The translations under genes were made by a program, and so were the position numbers. This document shows positions 1-13,422 of a stretch of DNA of 64,000 bases, in pieces. Below the pieces are notes generated by a model. It was not told the DNA's origin. It saw only the letters and a program-made list of their open reading frames with translations, and ran no database searches. The DNA lies in the NCBI GenBank assembly GCA_965178125.1, contig OZ237737.1, forward strand, positions 1,240,001 to 1,304,000, written 5' to 3'. The stretch is from Bilabrum cf. latius. Its lineage: Eukaryota. Position 1 is the first letter of the stretch; every line of letters begins with the position of its first letter.

Positions 1-3000
1 CCGTGAACGAGCGCATCTCGATGATCCGATCCCTGAACATGGGGCCCCCGTCGGGAGCCCGCAGCGAGGCCGAGCCACCTCCCGAGCCGCCGCCGGTGCC
101 TGTTCCGCTACCGGTCCCGTTCACAACAGTCACGTTGCCGTCTCCTCCGGAGCCGCCATCGCCGCTCTCTTGAAGCACCACGAGCGGTCCTCCAGGAAAC
201 CCGCCGGATCCGTCTGCGGCGCCAAGGTTGGAGCCGAAGATCTTGATCCTTGCGTTTCCTTCGGTTGGTAGACCCGTGGCAGCGACCTTCGGGGCCACGT
301 CAGTGATGCTAGCGGAATCGTACGATGCCCGGAGGAACCGCGCACCCGGTCCGGATAAGCTCGGCAGCTGCCCGGCAACGTCCACGTCCACTCGAAGCAT
401 GGCCCCGTGCCCTGCCGGCAGCCTCACCTCGATAAACTGATGGCTGCGAGCCAGCACTCCGGGCTGCGTGACCAGAGAAGGCGGCGCAAGCGGAGCACCG
501 TTGCCATCGCAGCTTCGGATCTGGTCGTGGGCCCCAAACAGGATCACAGGGCAAAGGCCCAGGTTGTTTCCCACGATTCGCAGAACACCACCTATGGTGG
601 GCAAACCAGCGCCCTCCACAGAGGCAACCTCGGTGGCGACCGGCCGCCCCGCGTCTTGGGCAATGCCGCCGGTGCCCTAACCGGAGGACGGGCCGCCCAG
701 CAATTCTGCTCGGAGGATCGAGGGCGGGCTGTACTGGATCGAGCCGCCCACTCTAGATCGCTTCCAGTCAGTTCCAGTCCACGTCTGCACGGTCACAGGC
801 ACCGCAGAGCCCTCCCCCTCTGGCAGACGGCACCGCAGGGATACGGTGCCGGTGGTGGTGGCAAGAGCCGCGGTGGCAGGGTCATCCACGCCGCCGTCCG
901 ACTCTCCGTTGAACAAGGATGCCCCGTTGGCGCTGTACAGGCGGCAGACCCTCTCACGACCGGCCCTCCCCACCAGCACCGCCACTCGCTCGCCCACGTT
1001 AAGGTTCTCCACCTCCATGGTGATGTCCTCGCCGCCAATGGTGGGGACTTCAGCCGGAGCGTTCAGCTCGGAAATGTCCGGAGCCACGGACTGGAAGATG
1101 AGTCGCTCGCTAAGCTGCACCAGGGCCGCTGGGTTTGGGCCTCCCGTAGCTCCGGGATCGACGTACTGAAGAGAGTTGATCTGCACCTACACCCCGCCCT
1201 CTGGTGCAGTGGTCAGCAGCACGATTTCGTCGTCCGTCCACGAAATCACCTGCAGGGTGGCCTGCTCCGGAAGAGAGATCGACTCGAACTGGCGGAAAGT
1301 GAGGAAGATGCTCGGAGCAATCGGTGGTTCGAACGTCCCGAAATTTTGCCCATAGAGGGTCAACACACGAAGCCCGCAGTAATTGTTCGCTCCAGAAGGC
1401 TCTGGGCAGCCGAGGGAGGATGTGTTCGCGATGAAGCTTAGCTCCCCAGGGCGCGAGGGCGAGTTTAGTGCCAGGTAGTCCAGCCTCGGGTCGTGGTAGT
1501 CGAACAAGGACCCCGCACCATCCGTGATGGGGTCGCTGAACACAGCCACGTCAGCTGCTCGGTCCAGGGCCACGCCTCGGGGGTAGGCTGCGATCCTCAC
1601 CGCGCGGTCCAGACCATGACTCGCCGGGAGATCAAACACGACCTGGTGCCTGCCATCCTCTAGGATCCGCGTGGATCGTGGCTGGATGAGGGCACCCTGG
1701 GACGAGTAGTCGGCCGGGTTGCCGAAGGCCACAGCCACATCGGAGGCCGCATGGAGCAGGCCGAAATCTCGTCCCACTACCGTGACTGTGGATGGGTCCG
1801 TCACAGTGTCTGGGAACCAAGACGCGGGCGAGAGGGACTCCACGCTGGGCCGCGCGTACGACACGGACCCAACGCCTACATCCGAGGGGAGACTGCTCTG
1901 CTCTGCCACCGTCACAACAAACACGAGGTCCCTGCCGACTCCAGGCACCATAGTCGCTCGGATTTCCGTGTGGGAGACTAGCTCAATGTCAGTGGCCTCG
2001 TACACGTACCCAGGGAAGCCGCTCGAGGGCCCCGACTAGTCCGACTGGCCGCCGAACTCGCGCACCAGGGCCTCTCGGGTGCCGTACACGACGCGCTGGA
2101 GCACGAACGGGAGAGATCCTGGTCCGAAGTTTGTCCCAGTGATCCTGAGTCGGGTGCCTCCGTCCGTGGGCGCAGAGTTCACAGCAGCGCCGTCCGACAC
2201 GCGCCCCACGCTGGAAATCGAAGGCTGCTGGTAGCTCGTCACAGGGAAGGAGCTGTTCTGCCCATCCACGCTCAGGATCCACTCCAGGGCATCACCCGCA
2301 CCTGGCGCTGTCTCACACACCACCCGCACGTGCTCATCAGCGCCGCTGGCCATGCTGCAGCCCTGGGCTTCGAACAGAATCGTCCTGCGGCCGCCCCCGC
2401 CTTGCCCGTCCCCGCTGATTTCTGCCTCGTAGAAGAACCGAGACACCGAGGCAAACCGCGATGCAGGTCCAAGATTTCGGCCACGCACGACCACCTGCTG
2501 GCTGCCCACGGTCTCGGCGTCCTCTGCCCCAGGACCATCGAAACCAGCCACCGACGGCGGCTGGTACGAAATCACCGCCTCCCCCAGCACGCTGGAGGCC
2601 TGCCCGCCGACGCTCACTGCCAGGGCATGGTCCCTGCCGGTGCCCTCCGAGGTCTGGCACCTGAGCTCTTCGTGGGACCTGACCTCGCAGTCCCTGGCTG
2701 CAAACCAGTCCATCGACTGCAGCGCGTCGCTGAGAGCATCCCCGTCGCCGCGCTCCCTCCCACCCATGTCTTGCAGCGCGCCGCCGTCGGAGTAGTCCGC
2801 GCCGGCTCGCAGGCCTCCGCCTCCGTACCGCACCCAGTCCACCGACTGCCCAGTGAGGTCAGTAGGGCCAAAGTCCTGACCGAGCACGCGGAACACCTGC
2901 CCACCGGGAGTCACGGCCTCCTGGATGCTCTGGCCCTCCACCGCGGTAACACTCGGTGGCCTGTACCCGACCTGGGCGGCCTCGACCGTGATGCCGGTGA

Positions 3001-6000
3001 TGGCCTCCACCTGCGCCACTGCGCTGGCCAGCGCAGTCTCCAGGTCCTGGGGCTGCAGAGGGGAAGGCGGGGTGACGGACCCGTCATCCGGTATGACGGC
3101 ACCCTGCACCAGCAGGTCGTTGCCCATCTCTTCCACAGACCACCGGCCGTTCACACCGACCGCGACTGTCAGGTTGGTGCCCACGCCCTCTGGCACCGCG
3201 CACGACAGCTGCATGTGCGGCTGGTTGCCTGATGGAGACGGCTTGGAACAAGGGGCCTGGTAGAGCTTGCCGTCAGGCGTCGGGCCGTAGCGGACGTGCA
3301 CCTGCACGTCCTCCCCGAGCCACTGCATGGGTCCGAAGTTGTGCCCGCTTACAATTAGTCGGCTGCTCGCCACCCCCGCGCTACCGCGCGTCGGCAGCCC
3401 GAACCGCGACGAGGCTAGATTGGCCGACGGGGCGATGCTGGAGATGGCAGCCCGCCCATACCCCACCTCAGTCTGTGCCGTGCCGTAGACCACCTGGCCG
3501 TCCACCTCCACCATCCACCCGAGCCTGGTGCCCAGACCAGCGGCCGTGCGCACCGCAATCTCCGAGTTGATTACGCTGATGACGTCGGCTCGCAGCGTGC
3601 GGAACAAATACCTGGGATTCTGCTCCGGATCTAGCGGATCAAAGTTCTCGTCCGGCTGCGTGATACTGTCTGGGTCTACCCAGCCCGGGTTCTCCGGGCC
3701 GTACATGACCGACACAGCGGACACATTGTTCGAAAATCCCGTGCCCTGCAGGTACACAACCTGGCCGCCCGTCGTAAGCAGTCGCTGCACATCGAGACCC
3801 GTTACTCCCAGGCTGTCGTTACCGCGAGTGCCAGACACAAGCTCCAAAGCGGGTGGCTGGTAGCTGAGCTGCAGCAGCTGGGGAGCACGGAGCTCCCTGC
3901 CCTGAGCGATGATGGTGACGCGATGGTACTGCCCGTGACCTGGTCTTGAATTGCACTGGATCGTTTCGATGGCCTCTCCCAGGTCCTGAACTTCGCTAAC
4001 CACGCGGCAGCCAGTTGCAGTGTACGGTCCGTACGAGACCGCAATGGGGCCATTGATCCGGTCCAGGCCGACGCCTCCGATGATGATGATGCTGCTGCCG
4101 TCAGTCGCCAGGTTCCCCTCCGGCCCGTCGGATTCGATCAGATCAACGCTAGCCCCACCAATACCGGTGGTGTTGACCGTGACAAGAATAGTAACGTTCC
4201 GCGGCGCAGATTCCAGGCCATCCCCATCCGTGGCTCTGAGCTGCACGTTGTAAGCGGCCCTCGCTAAGTAGGTCGTATCGGTGGCAGCGTCTCTCACCAG
4301 CACCTCGTCGTTGGAAGTAATGGACAGGGCTTGCGTGATCGACAGCTGGTATGAAGTCCCGTTGAGGCTGAAGATGGAGGGCCCACGAAGAGATGTGGTT
4401 CCGTCGCTGAGCAACCCGCCGAACGTTGACGCCGCAGCGCTGCCACGATCGAACGAGAGACGCACACTGCCCACCGTCTGGGAGCCACTCCCGTCCTGCG
4501 TGACATTCGTGGCAGCGCCCGAGTCACCACCGGAGCTCTGTGCGTCCTCATCATAGACCTGCACGGCGGTGGAGAGCAGCAGCGGGAACGGGCCTGCCAT
4601 CGCCACGTCCTCGTCAATCGTGATGAACTGGGACGGCAAGATCCTAGGCGGGTCCGGCCCGTCGAGCAGCTTCAGGGTGACAAGCCCGTCGCTGAACAAA
4701 GAGTGGTCCTGGGCGTCGTAGGCCCTGACGATCAGCTGCACCTCCTCCCTGGCCTCGTAGTCCATCACGCCAAGGGCATCCTCGCGAAGCACCTGCAGCC
4801 GGGCCGCCGAGTCATTCACGCTCTGCATGCCGAACAGGGGACCCAGGCTTGCGTCGTTGTCGAAGGACCCGACCATGCTCACGTTGAATAGCAGAGGGCT
4901 GTTCTCGTCGTCGGTGGCCACGACCGCTTGGTTCGACAGTGTACCGGCTGGGGAGTTCTCCTCCAGCACGAGCGTCTGTCTCCCCGGGAAGCGAGGCGGG
5001 TCGTTGATGTTGTTCAGCCGAATCGTAATGAAGCCCACCGCGACGGCGTTGTCATCGTTGTCCGCCTTTGCGTGTACCCTGACCCTGTACGAAGCCGTGC
5101 GCTCGTAATCCAGCACGTCGTTCCTCACTGTGATCTAACCCGTACAAGGATCGATCCTGAACGCATTGTCGTTGCCTGGCTCGAACAGCTCGTAGGTGAC
5201 CGGCAGAGGAGACTCGGCCGTGAGGGGCTCGCCAACGAGGGTGCCCACGGGGCTGTGCTCGTCCACAAACCTCGTGCCGTTCCCGAACGAGGGCGGTTCC
5301 GTCCTGCAGAAGAAGTCCTCTCCCGTCCAATCGCCATTGATGTTGCACGTGCGGGTGGGAGACCCCACGCCGAAGAAACCGGCGGCGCAGCCCATCCTCA
5401 CCCTCTGTCCTCTGTCAGCGTCTGTAACAATCCCACCCTCAGGACAGTTCCTGCTCACGGAGAAGGACCGAACTCTAACGTCACCCTGGCTGGCAGCCAC
5501 GCCGGCGCTGCCTGTCGACGGGAGGGGGTTGGAGGCGGGGCCCTCGTCAGCAGTGAGAAGAAGATCTCCGTCGACGTACGCCTCGATGCGGATCGATCCA
5601 GGTCCGCCGGACTCGACCATTCCGTAGTTGAGCACAACACGCACCGTGTGCCATCCGGCTGGATTGTCTAGCACCCTGGAGGTGGACTGCAGCACCCTCG
5701 TGGTCGGGTAGCGGTCCCGCCCCGTCGGCTTGGTGACGCGAGCGATGCTGTGCACGGCTAGATCCGCACGAGCCGCGGACGAGATGGTCATCTTGTAGTA
5801 GTTCTCGTTCGAGCCTGCCGGCATGACCTCACCACCAGCATCTTGCAAGTGGAACACCACCCCGCCGTGGCCACTCACCACCCTCATCTCGGTCTCCACG
5901 GTCAAGCTGCTGGTACCGACCAGCCGCCCAATGTACTTGGGGTCCACTGGAGATAGGATGATGTCCTCGGCAAGTTCCTTAAGCCCGTGGTGCGAGACCC

Positions 6001-9000
6001 GCCTGGCACCATTCAGGGCCAGGAATTCGCGATGTCCCTCCGTCTCGTTGGCATCCGTTGTGAGCGTGGCGACCTGGGCCATGAAGTCGTTCGTCATGTG
6101 CGGGAGCACGCGGTAACCCTCCAGGGCAGCGGCACCCCGAGCAGCGATGGCAGCAGGGCTCGTGGCCCCATGTCTGAAGTGCTGGACGAAGTCATCGTGC
6201 CACAGGTCCTCGGTGCACGTAGCTGCGTTGGCCTCACCGCGAGAGATGGGGGGGCACGTGGGGCCGCAGTACGGCAAACTACCCTACCAGCCACCAAACT
6301 CGCACCGGAGGCTGCCCTGGCTGCCCGCCACCACGCTGTGAGACGAGTCTACGCAGCGCATGGGGCACTGGGCTCCACCCTCACGATTCGTCTAGGTCGT
6401 GCACTGCGTGCCTGCCGCGTGAGTGGACGAGTTCTGCCCGAGCATCAAAGCATTCACGTCGCAACGGAACGGTCGGCCGTACTTCTGGTCAAAGTAGCTC
6501 CTGATGTTGTTGTAGTCGGTTCCCCAGACGGCACCACCGCCCGAGATAAACTTGAAATACTCCAAGACCTCGCCCTGTGCCGATGCCGTTCCCGCCTCGT
6601 TCGCAAGGAACCTGAGCGGGTCATTGTTGTTGGCTTGGACGTTGATGTACCTTCCTTGCGCGTTGAAGGGACCGCTGATCAAGTGATTGGACTTGAACCC
6701 GTTGCGGGGCTGGCCAGGGATCACAGGAGTGGCCCCGAACCCGTCGGCTCTTGAGGCGGACCGCTAGTTCAGACGCATCCAGATGCCGCTGCGGTCACAG
6801 CAAGGAATAGAGATATATACAAAAGAAGCTAATAGGCAACAATGGAAAGTTGGCAATACTTATAGCAGTATTAATCTCGTAATAGTATCATTTCACGACA
6901 GTCGGCTGCACGGCGGTGGAGCACGAGCATTTAGCCTTTGTGCCGCAAACGACTCACCGGCAGTGGTAGCAGAAGCTGCGCGAGAAAACAGTAAGGGGCA
7001 AACCAAAAGCCAAGGTATCATAGTAGGCATTAAACAAGGGTGCAAAACAACAAGCTCATGATGAACTGATCGGCAGAAGAAACCAAGCTAATACGCGGTG
7101 TGCTGACGGCGGCGTACCCGTATCCAATGGGCAAGTAGCAAGACGGCAAAACGGCACCGTGCTCGCCCAACTATTCGACCGAATGCAGCAATGCTCAGCG
7201 ACACGATCAACTCACGCGTATGTCACCCTGTATTCGATGAGCGCGACCATGTAGTCGTTAGCAAAGTTGGTCTCCCGAATCGTAGCATCGTTCGAGGTCA
7301 GGCCGTTCTGCGGCGCGCGCCGACCGCTAAAACGGAACGCATGGTGCTGTCCGGCCCCGAGAATCATACCATAGGCCTGATCACCAGCACCAGCTCCGTT
7401 GCCTTTGGACATGATCCATGTCCACGCGCTCGGATTTTTGAATCGAGCGACGAGGAAGAAGGTCGCCTAAGGCCAGGTGATCGAGTTGCCGAACTGGGAA
7501 TTGGATATCAGGAATTGAGCCGCGCCAGTGGTCACGATGGCTGAATTCGGGCCCATCATCCCAGTCCGCAGCTTCGGCCTGCGGTCTGCATTCCCCTGGT
7601 ATGCGTGTATGCCCTGATACTCCGACTGGATCCGCCTGAGGCCCGGCGCACCGATGCCCTCCGTGAGCTTGCCACGATACCGAGAGAAGTCCCACCAGAG
7701 TCGTAGACCACGAGCATTGATTTGAGCCTGGTTGAGAGGGAAATTCACGATGGGACGGGGTGCCACGCCAGCGGTGGCAATGGCAGACAGCGGCCCGGCC
7801 ACGCCTACCTCGCCTACAGCAGCCACTCTGTACGTGTGCGGCACTCGCTGGGGCGCGTGCACGTTGAAGGTGACCAGCTGGCCGGGACTGGCCCCACGCG
7901 GGATGGGGAGCAAGTGCGATAGGGTGTTAGACCGTCCAGCGCTGCCGCACGCGCCAGCAACGCTAACGCGAAAGTGGTCGAACCGAGTGTAGAGCGTGTT
8001 GGTGGCAGCCATGGTGCCTCCGTTCCAATTGCGTACGAACAGAGCGGGCCGATACCGGCGAATTCGTCCGCCGTTCCAGCCACCATCGGCATTCCAAGTC
8101 CCAAACTGGCTCCAGTCGTCGTTCAGAGCCTCCTTGGACTGGAAGGAGAAACGCTGGGCGGCTGCAGAGTAGTGAATTCTGATCCAGCCTCGGCGATTCG
8201 GAGGTGCAGCCGTGTTTGCGATCTGTGAGGAGGGAGAAATATCGGAGGCAACATTACGCCTACAAATGTTGAGAAGGCAGTGAGCATCGGGAGGTCACGC
8301 TAGCCAGCAGTGCGTAGCATTCATCAACGAGGGTTTGGCAGTTGCAGACAAAGCCGTTATCGCATTAAAAAACATTAATATGTACCTCACCGGCCCAGTC
8401 CTCGAGCTCAGCAGCTTGCACTCGCGGAGCACCCTTCCCCGCCAGGTCGCGAGGAAGCAGCCCAGCATAGGCTGGTCGCCCTGGTCAGCGCCAAGGATGA
8501 CGATCCCGTTGTAGCTGTTAGACACGATCCTCGAGGCATCATTTCCTCTGACAGGATCCACGAATACCTCCACGCTCCAGTCGTGCCAGTGCTCGAATGC
8601 CTCCGGTCGCTTGAGCATCGGGGCATTTCCACGGCGCTGGTTGATGATGTCGTTGTGGTTCACATTGAGGCCTGGCCCCGCCTTGATGGTGAGCGAGCCG
8701 TCCGTGCGAGAGAGAGAATAGTAGCACCTGCTGGTGTCTTCCTCGGAGTTGGTCTGACAGGCAGGCGCGTCCCAGCTCCAGTGATGGTCCGGCATCGCCG
8801 CAGTTGTCCCCTCGAATTCGTCCTGGAAGCAAAGTGGCTCGGCCTCGACCTGCATGTGGGATACGGCGGCACCTGAGGAAGGCATCCTCGCCCTCACCTC
8901 GACGTGGTAGTCGTCGTTCGAGATGGGAAGAGCCTGCACGCTGGGCACCATCGAGGGCAGAGACCAGGAGTTGTCCACGGTGAAGGAGGCGGCGCTGCCG

Positions 9001-9840
9001 ACCCCCTCCTAAGGGGAGATGCCCGAACTGGCGCACTAACCGCCGTAGGAAGCGAGACCGGCAGCAGTCGTGGCCAAGAAGGCTCCAGAGCTGTCATACC
9101 CTCCGAACTCGTGGGCGGCCGCGGCGCAGACGCTCGAGCGGTCAGAGTACGAGCTGCATCCTTCCACGAGGTATGACGACAGGCCGCAGGCTGACGGACA
9201 CACGAACGCCAGGCTCGAGCCGACGTCGTGCTCGGTAATGAGGGCTGTCTCGTTCATCCTGACGTCGCAAGAAATCATCTCGCCTGCGACATGCACGGTG
9301 GTAGGTTGCATCGTCGGCACGCAGTAACAGCATCCACGATCGCTGTCGCTGGTCATGCTCAGCATCGGCGAAGCGTGCAGGGCTGAAGCAGCGATCCCAT
9401 GCGGGAGCGACGTTTAGCATGCGACCAAATGATTGCAAAATATTAAACCTGGGAGTCTCACCTCGATCTACAGAGACGATCTGGTACGTCTGGGCCGGTG
9501 ACGTATCCTCTGCGCTATTAACGCCGTGGGCTTCACATCCATCAATGCTGCCCGCGGCATCCACTTTCCGGACAGTGAAGGACCTCCGAAGCCTTAAATA
9601 TGACGATCCAAAGAGCTGTAGGGCAGCTCCGGCGCAGACTGGCCCCTCTGAGTACACAGGTCCGCACCCGACGAGTTCAGCAGCCTCAGCAGCCGCACAC
9701 GCTTGCGGGCATCGCACGACGGCTTCGTGGCCCGCAAGAGTAAGATCTAGGTCTTCGAATGAGGTTGAGCAAGAAACATCTGCGACCTGACCGGCGCAAC
9801 ATATTGCGCCAGCCGCAATAATCAGAAGAACGGCCCGCAT
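1..9840 (-). CDS. Giant secreted/cell-surface multidomain protein: signal peptide, 2x LCCL, LamG/ConA-like and FN3-like regions, sushi/CCP, cadherin repeats, many IPT/TIG-like repeats. The 3' end runs off the window.
   Basis: ATG at 9840 (MRAVLLIIAAGAICCAG, signal-peptide-like). Three phase-compatible GT-AG introns: 9383-9461, 8223-8390, 6789-7215. ORF fragments join in frame through 10 TAGs (9036, 9009, 7467, 6764, 6392, 6284, 5135, 2036, 1187, 677). Motifs: LCCL CPSAC..YSDRSSVCAAAAH; sushi RTCNINGDWTGEDFFC; cadherin VDEHSPVGT, FRIDPCTG*ITV, LDYE, NNINDPPRF, LEENSPAGT; TIG-like T.GG..I.G.NFG. Confidence 0.85.
6789..7215 (-). other. Spliceosomal intron (427 nt, AT-richer than the exons)
   Basis: On the minus strand, a GTGAG donor at 7215 and a CCGCAG acceptor ending at 6789. 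The phase-2 join restores YRVTYA-GIWMRLN. Confidence 0.8.
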
Positions 9841-10118
9841 GGTGTTGCAATGATCGTTAAGCCTACCAGGCAAGCACGGGCTCGAGAGCAGGCAATTAGC
9901 TAGAAATGGGATACTGCTGGTCCTAGACCAGAGACAATGAGAGCAAAGCTTTGATTTTTTGGCTTGCAGCAGTGTGCTGCACAGGCAGAGAAGGAATGAC
10001 GCGCTAGCAGCAAGTTGCACTTGCGGGTCCCGTGGCTTGCGACCAATTTGTTCGGGCCGCTTCAACTGCACTGCACTGATCTGTTCGCATTGCCTGAGCA
10101 GTTCAAAAAGGCGGAATT

Positions 10119-12023
10119 ATGTCCGGTTTCAGGATTATGCTAAAGCATGTTCGCTGCAGATAGATTGTTGTGCATAGGAAAACTGAAAAACGAGGCAGAA
10201 TTCCTGGAAATGTGGCTCAGCGATGCAGCACAAGCGCTACGGCGTTCAGACCAGAGTGGCTTCTGGATCACGATCGATCTGTCGGATCGTCGGATGAGTC
10301 CACCGGGCAACGGTGTTTAGATACTGCACAATTGCTGCAACAGCCTGCTGGGCGCGTTGCTACGAAGCAGATGCCGGGTTTCACCCGAATCATGAGCGAA
10401 TCTGGGGATCAAGTCGTTTCCGTCCTGCCATACAGCGTCTTGGATCGACACCAAGGGGATGCATTGCATGGAATGAATATAGATCACGCAAATTAGGACC
10501 TGTCGGACGGCAAACGAAGGCGTGTTCTCTGGCGGGGTGGATCGTTCCAGCCTCTGGCCGATGTTTCGCCCCAGGATGTCCCATCCGATTGGAAGGAAGC
10601 CTCGTCAAGCGCCGTGGAGACTTTTGTTACATCATTAGAGTCCAATAAACCCGAAGGTATGGCCTCTGTGGGTTGGCCCGAGAGGCAAAGCATCGATTTT
10701 CCTGTTGCAAACGGCGCTGTCATCGTGCAGCCGCGCGATCAGTACGAGACAGCAGTAGAGCTGTGCAAGGCTCACATGCAAATCAGAGACATTGGATTCA
10801 CTCTTCTGCGCGGGATCGACGCAACCGCAGAGGCCACCGAGCAGCTATGCCGCAAGCTGTGCTCGGGCAGGCTGCAGCGCACTGTGTACGGAGAAGGCAT
10901 GTGGCGCACCGAGGTGCGGGATAGGGAACAAGACGAGAATCGGAGCGAGAATTCAGGAGATCTTAGTGCTAGGCCTAGTCACGCCGGCCCCGGGGCAGTG
11001 GATCCGGAGACGGCCTTCAACGACACGGCCTACACGTCTGCTGCCTTGCGCTGCCACACCGACGGCAACTACTGGAACGATCCCCCGAGGCTGCAGGCTT
11101 TCCACTGCATCCAGGCCGACAAGGATGGAGGAGGCCTCAGCGTGCTGGTGGACGGCGTCGCGGCAGCGGAGAGGCTTCGGCACGCGGCCCCGGAGGCGTT
11201 CGCGTTCTTCGCGGGTGTGCGGCTCCCCTTTGGCCACGTGGACGCCGACTCGAGGTTCGTGGCGAGGCACTGCCCCATCACGCTCGCGACGCACGAGGTC
11301 GCCCCCGGCCGTGAGGCATGTGCTCCGATCGAGCGGATCCACTACAACAACGACGACCGGTGGCTGCCCCTTGCCGCTCCCGAGCACGTGAGGGCTGCAG
11401 TCAGGGCTCGGGAGGAGGAGTTGCAGCAGAAGAAGAAGAAGAAGAAGAAGGAGGAGAATGAGATAGAATCCAACAAGCAGGGGACTGCGGGTGCGACCGG
11501 TCTGCCGACGGAATCTGGTCAGGGAAGATGGTCAGAGTGGCACGGGCACGGGAGGAGCCGGTCGGATCCTTTGTACTGGCGTTGCGCGCCGTCGTGGGCC
11601 GTGGTGGAGGGCTTCTACAGGCATCTGCCCGCGTGGCTTGCTTGCTACAGGGATCCAGCGATGGAGCAGTGGCTGCGGCTGCTGCCCGGCGACGTGCTGG
11701 TCTTCGACAACTGGCGGGTGTTCCACGGCAGGTCCGGGTTCGATACCCGTAGCGAGAGGGTCTTGTCCGGGTGCTACATCTCGGATGACGAGTGGAGGAG
11801 CGCCGTGAGAGTGGCGGCGAGGAGGGCGGCGGCAGCGGCGGTGGACGTGCTGGATGCGGACGCGCCCACCCCGGTGCGGGCCGAGGTGGTTCCGGAACCG
11901 GGATCGCGCGGCGCCAATGGCGTGGTGATGTCCTGGGACGACGTGGACGAAGGGAAGAACTACGCGGAAGCCATGTGTGGCCCTTGGCAGACCCAGCGAA
12001 ACGAGCCGATGCTGTGCGATTGA
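10119..12023 (+). CDS. TMLHE: Trimethyllysine dioxygenase / gamma-butyrobetaine hydroxylase-family 2OG-Fe(II) dioxygenase (TauD/TfdA fold), 634 aa
   Basis: ATG at 10119 with an Arg-rich, transit-peptide-like N-terminus. In-frame TAG at 10161 and 10494. N-terminal GBBH-like WLLDHDRS..TGQR. Catalytic motifs HTDGNYWNDPPRLQAFHC, YNNDDR, FDNWRVFHGRSGF, RVLSGCY. Ends in TGA. Confidence 0.8.
11430..11450 (+). repeat. (AAG)7 microsatellite encoding poly-Lys inside an insertion in the dioxygenase domain
   Basis: Seen directly; translates as QQKKKKKKKEENE. Confidence 0.9.
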
Positions 12024-12209
12024 AGCGAGCAGCCGAACGTGGCATGTTGCACGGAAGACTGATCGCTAGCTTCCAGCGAGTGTGCCAGCACTTGCAGAGG
12101 TGGCTCGTCACACCGAGTTGGTAAACCTTTGGGGCGCTCGGCAAGCCAATCTGCCACTTAATTTCCAGTGTCGCACACCATTTTATCACATCTACGTGCA
12201 TTTCTGCTC

Positions 12210-13422
12210 ATGGCTGCGCTTGGAAGCAGCGTGAGCGGCTCTAAATCTCCACCAGCAGCCCCACTCTTGTTGATGGGGCGCAGATTTACAGATGATCTCA
12301 AGGATGGATCGTTTCGCGTGGCTGGAAAAGGAGTCCATATTGGAGAGAATCATGATGCATCGTAGGGCACCGGTTTGAACGTCTGGGACGGAGTGAGTAT
12401 CCTCTCCACGTGGTTACTTGCTCTAGTTGTATCGAGCGCACTTTGAAGCCTGGTGACCGCTGCAGCAACTCTAGTCGCAGAGCATCCTACTTGCCAAAGC
12501 TATGGAGCATATATTGGCGGGGGGCGCAGATGTATCGCCGACTATTCCACTGTCCACCTGGAGGTAGAACAAGCCCCTCAGAGTTCTGGAGCTGGGCTGC
12601 GGCACGGGGCTCGGGGGAATCTCTGCGGCTCTAGCACGCCCAAAATCGTATGTAGTTCTTTCTGATCTTCCCTATACCCTTGGTCTTGCCGAGGATAACG
12701 CGAAAAAATCGATTCCTGCGGGGTGGTCGAGAGTTGCGATCGCACCCTTGGATTGGACCTCGCCGATGGCTGGCTTGGCAGCCGACCCCGAGCTGGCAAG
12801 GGCGGCTCTGTCTGGTGGTTTCGATTTGGTTCTGGGAGCCGATGTGGTGTGGCTCAAGGAACTCGTCCTCCCACTCGTCCGCGCCATGAGAGCCGTCGCT
12901 CGGGTGCCTCACTGGAGCGAGGCGGAAAGAGAGCGCTTCAAGGGACGAGCTGCCGAAGCAGGAAGCATCGCAGCTGGCAAAGAGCTGCCGAAGGTGTCAA
13001 CGCCGATTCTTCCGCCGCTGGTACGGCCAGGTACAGAGATGCCGTCGGGCCTGGCGGCACGTCCTAGTGGCATCGCTGGTTCGGCCAGTCCACGCACCGC
13101 CTTCCTGGTGGCACACCAGACGAGGTCTATCGGAGCCGACAAAGAGCTGTTTTCCCTTCTGCGGGAGGCCGGCTTCAGCATAGTGCCGCTGCCGCTGGAA
13201 TTGCTTCACCCCGAATACACGGACAGAGATATTCAGCTCCTGCAGATTGTGCTGGAGGAGGTGATAGATGCGTCTTCATCTTCAGCATCCGGTGACGCAG
13301 CCCCGACCAAATGGGAGGACGAGCCGGCCGGACAGGGGGGTGCGGGAGACAAAGTAAAGGCTGCGAAAATAACGGACGGATCCGCTGGGAATGGTGGTGT
13401 AGCGGTTGATCGTGAGCTGTAA
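12210..13422 (+). CDS. Seven-beta-strand protein-lysine methyltransferase (Methyltransf_16 / METTL21-like)
   Basis: ATG at 12210, intron 12393-12480 (GTGAGT...CGCAG), in-frame TAG at 12363 and 12565. Motifs GTGLNVWDG-SILLA, RVLELGCGTGLGG, VVLSD, LDW, FDLVLGADVVW. Ends in TAA. Confidence 0.88.

Noticed and set aside
7058-7105. C/D-box snoRNA-like motifs (ATGATGA...CTGA) in the long intron
   Set aside because: The motifs are antisense to the host gene, closely spaced and lack a terminal stem.
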